Source: Paraspadella gotoi (lineage: Eukaryota; Animalia; Chaetognatha). Taken from it: a stretch of DNA of 64,000 nucleotides. A model generated the notes under the pieces. That model was not told the DNA's origin. It made no database searches and saw only the letters and a list, made by a program, of their open reading frames with translations. The position numbers and the translations under genes were made by a program. Below, in pieces: positions 54,780 to 64,000 of the stretch. The stretch lies in the NCBI GenBank assembly GCA_051294375.1, contig CM119267.1, forward strand, positions 4,758,225 through 4,822,224, read 5' to 3'. How positions within the stretch are numbered: position 1 is the stretch's first letter; every line of letters starts with the position of its first letter.

Positions 54780-56945
54780 GAATTCCTCCCTCGATTCCAG
54801 CCGTGCATATAAAAATTGTCTCTCTTACCTCGGTTAAATCCCAAATAATGCGTTCGACCGACTGGGTATGAGTCGGGAAAGGCGGAAGTTCCAATTTGTT
54901 TATGATTAAATCGTGCAAATCGGAAATCTTTAAGTCGCATGTGAGAATCGATTCATAGATCGGAATATAATTCCAGTTTATCAACTCGGCAATGATCTTT
55001 GCATTGAAATTTAAAGGAGGCGAGACAAACTTTCGTACTGATTTGTCTCCCCAATCACTTCCTTGTTGGAGGTTAACAATTTTATTAACTGCAAATGCCC
55101 TCAAATTGGGATCGTCGTTGGAAAGAAGGCAAATAAGCAAATTTTCGGGGTGACCATTCCATGACTTAATATAAGGGGAAACTAAATCTTTTGTTGCCTT
55201 GGGAAGGAGATGGAGTCGCTGGACTGGTAACGGGAGGTCGAGATTTAATAAAAAACCATGAAGAGTTATAGTAAGTGACCAAATAAAAAATCAGTTTATG
55301 CAAATTTGCTTTCACTTTTCTCTTAAACGAATATTTAAATAAAGATGGCCTAACCGACAAGCCAGCAGTAAGCCCCACCGAGAGAGAGCTTATGGGGCCC
55401 AGTTTTTAAAGTTTTTTGCAGGCTCAAATCTTTCCGCTCTTTGAATTGAATATCGTTGCATAAGAAAGATATATTTTTGAATCCGAAGATAAATCAAGCA
55501 AAAGCCACCATCATCCATTAGTGGAATCTCTGGAACATCAGAAATAGGACTGAACTTATCCTTTCCATTCTATAGATTCTCGCACCTTTTGGTAGTCTAT
55601 TTTCCCTATTGCGACCTATTGAAGGAGTTATCCTGTTTTGGGCCGTCAAAAAGCCTTTGAAAAAACATGGCCGCGAAGCCTAACTCGTTAGTGTCAGTCT
55701 TCAATGTTTTTCACAATTAAACAGATAGGGCCAGCCTAGATGTCACTTGCCGTGGAGTCAACACCTCAATAACATTTAAGTCCATTGTAAGTGTCGTTAT
55801 CTTCTAAATAATTTAATTATCACTCTTGGTCATCGGTACAGCTGCCTTTTCCTGTTGCAGCTGTGACAGCAAAACTATGGTGCTTCTTTTTTTTTATCGT
55901 CGTTTGCCTAAAGACGCCGTTATTTTCAATTACTTCTTAAAGTTTCAATTTTCTTTCCCTATCGAAGCGTCAAGCGCCTTTTCACGTCTTCTTCTCAATT
56001 CGTTTTGCTTCTTTCCTCTCCGCAGTTTTGCGAGAATTTTTTTTTCTCCCGCCAAGATCTGCGCTGCACTAAGGCGTAGTAAAATTTTAAAATTTAACTT
56101 TAATTAAAATTCTAAAAGTGTAGGAACGAACAACATCTAATACTATCATGAACATTTATATATAAAAAAAATTTATAAATAAATTTTACAATTATACGCA
56201 GTAGGCCATATTAGTTACTAGTACTAATCCAATTAAATTGTTAAAATTTGTTAAAACAGTTTTTCTAAGATTTTTTTGTAGATTTGATCCGTCATAAAAA
56301 GTTGATAAAAAATATAACTCTTTTAAAAAAATTCCGATCTCACCTTAAGAGATTACAGAGACGAGTCAAAAATAATTATGAGAAAAGCCTATTATTTTAA
56401 GGCTTGAAAACTTTAAATACTTTAATAATATATGATTATAAAATTATTTCAGTTTTTTATAATTTAATCTTAACCCCACTTAATGGCAAAGAATTTTTAA
56501 AAATTTAATTTATATCTTTATTTGTAATACCAACTATTATGTTTCACGAAGAAGAACAAATATGAACAAGAATAATTAGCAAGCTCAAAATTAACATAAC
56601 TTTTGAAATTTTTCAATTTTATAAAAGAGACTACAGTAACTAAATTATAACATGCTAGCCTAATCACTGCCGAAATATTAAAAAACATAAAATTTTAAAA
56701 ATTTTTTTTACAAATTAAATGTTCACTGTAGGTATGTGTTCATAATTACTTTTAGGAATTTTCTCTACGATAACTTTTGACAGCTACGCCTTAGCGCTGC
56801 ACGGTCTGTTATGACACAGGAAGAGTTTCGTCGACTTTGGCATCACCATCCTAAAGCTCGATCGCCCGCGGTCAAGCCGATCGCCTCGCGCACCGCTGCC
56901 ATCGGGGCTACGCTTAAGGGCGTATTCGATGGAGGCCCTCCTTTT
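54780..56945 (-). pseudogene. Decayed DDE transposase, probably hAT-related (hATm-like)
   Basis: Frameshifted fragments IVTSDDLSCVIDRQRILREKKKIR (clean in the duplicate at 59629-59765), YLVTYYNSSWFFIK, and HPENLLICLL...RKFVSPPLNFNA...LINW...FPTHTQSVER recall this transposase group; interrupted by a MITE. Confidence 0.65.
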
Positions 56946-59900
56946 AATGTACTATTTATTTGGCTTTTGTTATACATGCCTTATTCCTTTCTAAATACTC
57001 AATCCCATAATAAACTTACCCGTTTTTAAGATTGATCCTAAGGTCTCATTACTGGGCATTGGCTCATTAGCTACATCCCAATTTTCTTATAAATGTGGCA
57101 TCTTAGGAGGTCTGTTCTACGCGGCTTTTACCCAAAATCAACATCTAATTTTGTTAAAGGTCTTTAACCGACTATAACTCGAGTCCTTACAGAAAAAAAG
57201 GACTTTTTTGGTAGTTTGTTGTGATTGCTTTGATCATAAAGGATGGTGATTAATTTGCATTTTATTTTTTATTAACAAAGTACTTTAATTAATCAAATTA
57301 TTCAAAACCTTGTGGCATTTCCAAAACGTCCGGTATTTTGCCATTGAAACAATTACCCACGGCCACAGCGAGGCCGCTACTAATTTCTTTCTCGCTTCGC
57401 GAGTAGGTCGGATTTCATAATCAAACAATTCTTGGCAGTCTGCAAACATTTCCATTGACCTGGAGGGCTACCCTCCTTGTCCGCGTCGTTGGACCTTACC
57501 GCATCGGAACCCAGTGCCCCCTCCCATTGCCCATTGACAGACCAATTTGCCAAATAGACTATACAATGACCACAATTTATTTTATTAGTTAAAATACATT
57601 CATTATAAATTTTTACTCTTTTAAATATTGAATATGAATGTAAATAATTAGCGTGGCAACAATATATATTTTGTCCTTTTTTAAAATCTTATTATGCTTT
57701 ACGATTTTTTGATCAATATACTTTAGTTTACTTATGCTTTAACCGGACTTTATTAATCATGTTAGGAATGACGTAATAGCAAATAAAAGGAGCAAAAAAT
57801 TATATGAATTACATATAATTATGAGTACATTTGTACAAATGGCCAAAGAAATCATGCTAACGCCAAATAATGATCGAAAGGTTTGAGCGTTGCTGTCGTT
57901 GGGCACCACGTGACTTTTATCTAGCCACAAAGTAGACTAGATTTGACCCCAAAGATAGTGTTCATCAGTTGATTTCAAAGTCTGGACTCTGTCTGCATGG
58001 CGAGTTTGGTACAACTTGAACTGTGAACTTGCTGTAGACTCACAGGAGATTTTCTCCAGGGGGACACTCCGCTAGGGTCTTGGAGCGTCAAAGAAAACAT
58101 AGAAATGCGCCTCTACAGGTGAATATCTTTTTATAAAAAATTTTTATTTAAAAATTCTTTAATGTTATTCATCAGAAATACATTTAATTGTAAATACTTA
58201 CTTGAAGTAAAAAGATTTGCATAACTTGATTTAAACCTTTTTAACTGAAGCCAACAAAAGTTAGCTGTATCAATAAGGTAATCTTTGACGCATTGAGCCG
58301 CATTTGCTCCGCTGCCATCTTCCTCTTCTTCGTTTGCCAAAGTCATTCTACATCTTCATCAGTGGTTTTCATCCTCATTATTTTTTTCCATCCTCCTCAC
58401 ATAACTCTATGTCCAAACTTGTCAACGCCTAATTGGCAAATAAATCTTTGGTCATTTGATCATCGTGTCGTTGTTGCTTCAAAGTTGATTGCACCGCGAC
58501 CTACAGCTTTATTTTTATATGAAAAAGCCTGGCTTTTTGCATTATGATTTAAATAATTTGTTTTTACCTTTTGGATCAACAGAGGACTTTCGCAAATGTT
58601 TTTTTTGGCACAAACATAATTTGAGGCTTCTAAATTGTTTTGATTAAAAAAGGAAAGGCAAAAAAAAACCTCATTCTCTCATTTTTTCATTGTTAACTAA
58701 ACACAAAGTTATTCTTGAAAATGTAATAATTAATGCAATAATTAAATAAGCCTCATATAAACCTCTGACTGGTATGATACCATCTCGTGGAGGTCTGCAT
58801 TGTTTGTCTTGAACAAAGGCTTTCTTTGCCAAAAGGACGCTTCCAAGACTTTCTTTTTTTCTCTTTGTCTGGGCATACTTAACAGCTTCACCTTAAGTGG
58901 TTATCGATAGAAGTTTGCAAGGACAAGTGGATAGGCTGAAGTCAGACAATTGTTCTACAACCTTTGGCGGAGATCACCTTCCAGCCAAAATCGCGATTGT
59001 CAGGGAACTCCGGCGACGCAGCTATGTTCTTCATTAAAAATAAAAAAAACAAAAAAAAAAAAAAGGCCAACCAAAAGTAGCGAAAGACCATAAATTTATT
59101 AAAAAAATATAAAAAATAAGCTTAAAACAAACTTTTTGTGAACCAAAAAGCAAAAGAAAGTTGGCTAAAAGAAAAATTTATCGCCCAAATTTTTGAAAGA
59201 ATGTTTTTTATACGGCTGTCTTTTTTACGCTTACTGCCACCACAAATTTTGTTCAATCTTATCCCTTAAATGTTTTGAATTTTCAAAAACCATCTCGTAC
59301 GTGTTTTGAATGACTAGGCAATAAAAGAAATATACTCGCAAAAATTTAGAACTTTTCAGGTTAACCAGTAGACGCAAGAACTTATTTTTGTAAAAAAAAA
59401 ACCTTTTCTATCTATATCTCACTGATGATGCAGAAGAAAAAAAATGTGAAAACGCGTTTTTTATAAAGCGGACGAGCGTTAAGGCCGTGATATGAGAGAA
59501 AATATGTATTCATTAGTACTAATTACAAAATTAGAGGGCAATTAAAAAAACACCCAGTCCCCTTAAGTTTTATTTATAATTTTTCTATCTCTCTCTTTTT
59601 TTNNNNNNNNNNNNNNNNNNNNNNNNNAGGCCTTTCACGTCTTCTCTCAATCGTTTTGCTTCTTTCTCTCCGCAGTTTTTGCGAATTTTTTTTTTCTCCC
59701 GCAAGATGCGCTGACGGTCTATGACACAGGAGAGGTCGTCGGACGTGACAATCCTAAGCGATCGCNNNNNNNNNNNNNNNNNNNNNNNNNNNNNNNNNNN
59801 NNNNNNNNNNNNNNNNNNNNNNNNNNNNNNNNNNNNNNNNNNNNNNNNNNNNNNNNNNNNNNNNNNNNNNNNNNNNNNNNNNNNNNNNNNNNNNNNNNNN

Positions 59901-62750
59901 NNNNNNNNNNNNNNNNNNNNNNNNNNNNNNNNNNNNNNNNNNNNNNNNNNNNNNNNNNNNNNNNNNNNNNNNNNNNNNNNNNNNNNNNNNNNNNNNNNNN
60001 NNNNNNNNNNNNNNNNNNNNNNNNNNNNNNNNNNNNNNNNNNNNNNNNNNNNNNNNNNNNNNNNNNNNNNNNNNNNNNNNNNNNNNNNNNNNNNNNAATG
60101 TGATCTTAGAGTCTGTTCTACGGGCTTTACCAAATCACATCTAATTTTGTTAAAGGTCTTTAACCGATATAACTCGAGTCCTACAGAAAAAAAGACTTTT
60201 GGTAGTTGTTGTGATTGCTTTGATCATAAGGATGGTGATATTTGCATTTATTTTTATTAACAAAGTACTTTAATAATAAATTATCAAACCTGTGGCATTT
60301 CCAAAACGTCGGTATTTTGCATGAAAAATACCCACGCACAGCGAGGCCGCTACTAATTTCTTTCTCGCTTCGCGAGTAGGGTCGGATTCATAATCAAACA
60401 ATTTTGGCAGTTGCAACATTTCCATTTGACCTGGAGGCTACCTCCTTGTCCGCGTGTTGACTACCGCATCGGAACCCAGTGCCCCCTCCCATTGCATTGA
60501 CAGACCTATTGCCAAATGACTAAAATGACCACATTTATTTATTAGTTAAAATACATCATTATAAATACTCTTTTAAATATGAATATGGAATGTTAAATAA
60601 TTAGTGAACAATATATATTTATGTCCTAAAATTATATGCTTAGATTTTTTGATCATATATTTATTTACTATGTTTAACCGGACTTTATTAATAATGTTAG
60701 GAATGACGTAATAGCAAATAAAAGGAGAAAAAAATTATATGAATTACATATAATTATGTACATTGTACAATGGCAAAGAAATCATGCTAACGCAAATAAG
60801 ATCGAAAGGTTTGAGCGTGTGTCCGTTGGACCACGTGCTTTTATAGCCACAAAGTCAATAGATTTGACCCCAAAGATAGTTTCATCAGTGATTCAAAGTC
60901 TGACTCTGTCTCTGGAGTTGGTACAACTTGAACTGTGAACTTGCTGGAGACTCACAGGAGATTTTCCAGGGAACTCGTAGGGTCTTGGAGGTCAAAGAAA
61001 CATAGAAATGGCCTCTACAGGTTGATATTTTTTATAAAAATTTATTTAAAAATTCTTAATGTTATTATCAGAATAATTAATTGTAAATACTTACTGAAGT
61101 AAAAAGATTTGATAACTTGATTAAACTTTTAACTGAGCCAACAAAAAGTTAGCTTGTATCAATAAGGAATCTTGACGCATTGAGCCGATTTGCTCCGCTG
61201 CCATCTTCCTCTNNNNNNNNNNTCAAAGTCTGACTCTCTCTCTGGAGTTGGTACAACTTGCCTGTGAACTTGCTGGAGACTCACAGGAGATTTTCTGGGG
61301 AACTCATAGGGTCTTTGAGGTCAAAGAAACATAGAAATGGCCTCTACAGGTTGATATTTTTTATAAAAATTTATTTAAAAATTCTTAATGTTATTATCAG
61401 AATAATTAATTGTAAATACTTACTGAAGTAAAAAGATTTGATAACTTGATTAAACTTTTAACTGAGCCAACAAAAAGTTGGCTTGTATCAATAAGGAATC
61501 TTGACGCATTGGGCCGATTTGCTCTGCTGCCATCTTCCTCTTCTTCGTTTTCAAAGTCATCTACATCTTCATCAGCGGTTTCATCCTCATTATTTTTTTT
61601 GCCATCCTCCTCAACGGACTCTATGTCCAAACTGTCAACGCTAATTAGCAAAAAATCTTTGTCCATTTGATCATCGTTGTCATCGTTGTTCAAAGTTGAC
61701 GACCGCGACCTACAGTTTATTTTATATGAAAAAGGTTTTGCATATGATAATAATTTGTTTTACCTTTTGAGATCAACAGAGGACTTTCGCAAATGTTTTT
61801 TTTGGCACAACATAATTGAGGCTTCTAAATTGTTTATTAAAAAAAGGGAAAGGCAAAAAAAAAACTCATTCTCTCATTTTTTCATTAACTAAACAACAAG
61901 TTATTCTTGAAAATGTAATAATTAATGATAATTAATAAGCTCATATAAACCTCTGGACTGGTATGATTACCATCTCGTGGAGGTCTGCATTGTTTGTCTT
62001 GAACCAAAGGCTTCTTTGCCAAAGACGCTGCCAAGACTTTCTTCTTTTCTCTTTGTCTGGGCATACTAACAGCTTCACCTTAAGTGGTTATCGATAGAAT
62101 TTGGCAAGACAAGTGGAAGGCTGAAGTCAGACAATTGGTTTACAACCTGAGCGGAGATCACCTTCCAGCCAAAATCGCGATTGTCAGGAACTCCGGCGAC
62201 GAGCTTTGTTCTTTCATTAAAAAAACAAAAACAAAAAAAAAAAAAAAAAAAAGGCCACAAAGTAGGAAATGACCATAAATTTTAAAAAAATATAAAAAAT
62301 AAGTTTAAAACAAACTTTTGAACCAAAAGCAAGAGAAAGTGGTAAAAGAAAAATTTATCGCCCAAATTTTTGAAGAATGTTTTTATACGGCGTCTTTTTT
62401 ACGTTATGCACCACAAATTTTGTTCATCTTATCCCTAAATGTTTGAATTTTCAAAAACCCATCCGTATGTTTGATGACTAGGAATAAAAGAATATACTCG
62501 CAAAATTTAGAACTTTTCAGGTTAACCCAGTAGACGAAGAACTTATTTTTGTAAAAAAAAAACCTTTCTATCTATATCTCAGCTGAATGATGAGAAGAAA
62601 AAAAATGTGAAAACGGTTTTTTATAAAGCGGACCGAGGTTAAGGCCGTGATATGAGAGAAAATAATGTATCATTAGTACTAATTACAAAATAGAGGGCAA
62701 TTAAAAAAGACACAGTCCCCTTAAGTTTTATTTTAATTTTCTTTTCCCCT
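55976..62750. repeat. Tandem duplicated block: ~55976-59602 versus ~59629-62750, with an extra local repeat 60893-61212 / 61223-61540
   Basis: Collinear copies, junctions at N gaps, first copy rich in insertion errors. Confidence 0.85.
56070..56793 (-). mobile_element. Foldback MITE, reverse orientation, inserted in a transposase pseudogene
   Basis: TAAGGCGTAGT...CTACGCCTTA flanked by duplicated GCGCTGCAC; an empty site GCGCTGAC lies at ~59708. Confidence 0.85.
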
Positions 62751-62940
62751 TTTTTAAATAATATCTAATTTAATCTTAAAATTAATATTTTTGATTAATT
62801 AAAAAATATAATTTATACATCATTGGGATGGGTATGTTAGTGTTGTCTTCTGGAAATAGCGGAAATAGTGGAACTCACCTTTGACAGTTGTTGACATGAT
62901 CGTGAGAGGGCCGATGGAGAGAGAGAGAGAGAGAGAGGGA

Positions 62941-62978
<38 letters not shown>

Positions 62979-64000
62979 CTTGAATAATGGATTATCATAT
63001 CCTGGGATAATCCTTCTCTCGTGAAAAATTACGTCGCGAAGAAGATAAGGAATATTTATTTAAAATAGCGCGAGAAGAAATATCGAGATCAGATGTTAGC
63101 GACGAGGATGAGAAACGAGGGTTTTATGAACAGACTGTTTAGTGACGGTAACAGGGCTTACGGTAGATTTTCTACACTTTTCAAAGCGGCGTTTGTAAGG
63201 AGTCATCTCGCCAGGACGATTTTAATATTAGTAGGGTTTCGGTCCTTTTATACAATAAAAATCGTTGATAAAAACATGATACGACTTTCTTGTTAGGAAA
63301 GCCAGTTATTCAGTCGGTTTATCAACTAGGCTGTGAGAAAGTCTCGAATTAAAGCTTGAAGGGACTTGCTCTGCTGTTAACTCTGACTAACCAATGGCTA
63401 CTTGGCAAATTCTAAGTCATTTAAATCAACGGATAATTTTTAAAAGCGTAACGGATATATATAACCAGCGATTGAATTTTCCTATTTGAAATTCCTTTTG
63501 AAGTCGAATGAAATTTTTTTTTTCTCGGGTCGTTTTTTCTGGAGCGATTCGCTTCGGTCGCTTCTCCTGTCTCTAGTCTTCAGTCATCGTCGCTTGATTT
63601 TTAGATTGACTGGTTGATTGGTTGATTGGTTTGGTTGTTTATTGGTTGATAAGGTTGTTTCGTTGATTAGTTGGTTGGTCGGTTAGTTAATTGGCTGGAA
63701 CTTTGACTGATTTGATTTGGTATGTTTACGTAATTGATTAATCTATTTATTCGGTTCAATAGTTTGGCTGATAGAAGTTGGCATGGTTTATTATGGGAAA
63801 GATGGGAGGAGTTTTATCGACATAACAACATGTTGGGATGATGATAATTAACATGCAAAGGTTGATTGATGGATTGACTGATTGATTGATCCGTTGGTTG
63901 ATTAGTTGGTTTGGATGGTTGGTTAATTGGTTTGGTTGGTTTGACTGTTCCACTGATTCTTTGATTGATGACATTAACTTTTCGATTGATAATGTATATC

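Overview
AT-rich, microsatellite-laden animal (invertebrate-like) genomic scaffold with spliceosomal GT-AG introns. The right half is a noisy, gapped assembly with uncollapsed duplicates. A complete 9-exon innexin gene (about 431 aa, minus strand, 315-12567) can be assembled by hand. Its 6.2-kb third intron holds two things the ORF track does not show. The first is an antisense nested gene for a secreted neuropeptide precursor (signal peptide plus repeated ...ARGW-GKR, i.e. GWamide peptides, 7200-8234/8447). The second is an RNA cassette: an LTR-like promoter, a 47-nt complement of mature tRNA-Leu including CCA, then two units each made of a degenerate tRNA-like head fused to a circularly permuted (type-P5) twister ribozyme with covarying pseudoknot pairs (10056-10134 and 10661-10736). 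A third, decayed copy of this module lies in innexin intron 5 (3841-3984, minus). tRNA-Phe(GAA) and tRNA-Gly(GCC) genes lie just upstream of the innexin. The rest is mostly repeats: a ~610-bp foldback MITE family with 8-bp TSDs (5 copies, one with an empty allelic site), a Tc1/mariner-type MITE, a decayed hAT-related transposase, a Helentron-like terminal hairpin, a ~190-bp dispersed repeat, minisatellites, and two multi-kb duplicated blocks that are probably haplotype or assembly artefacts. All calls come from manual reading; no searches were run.
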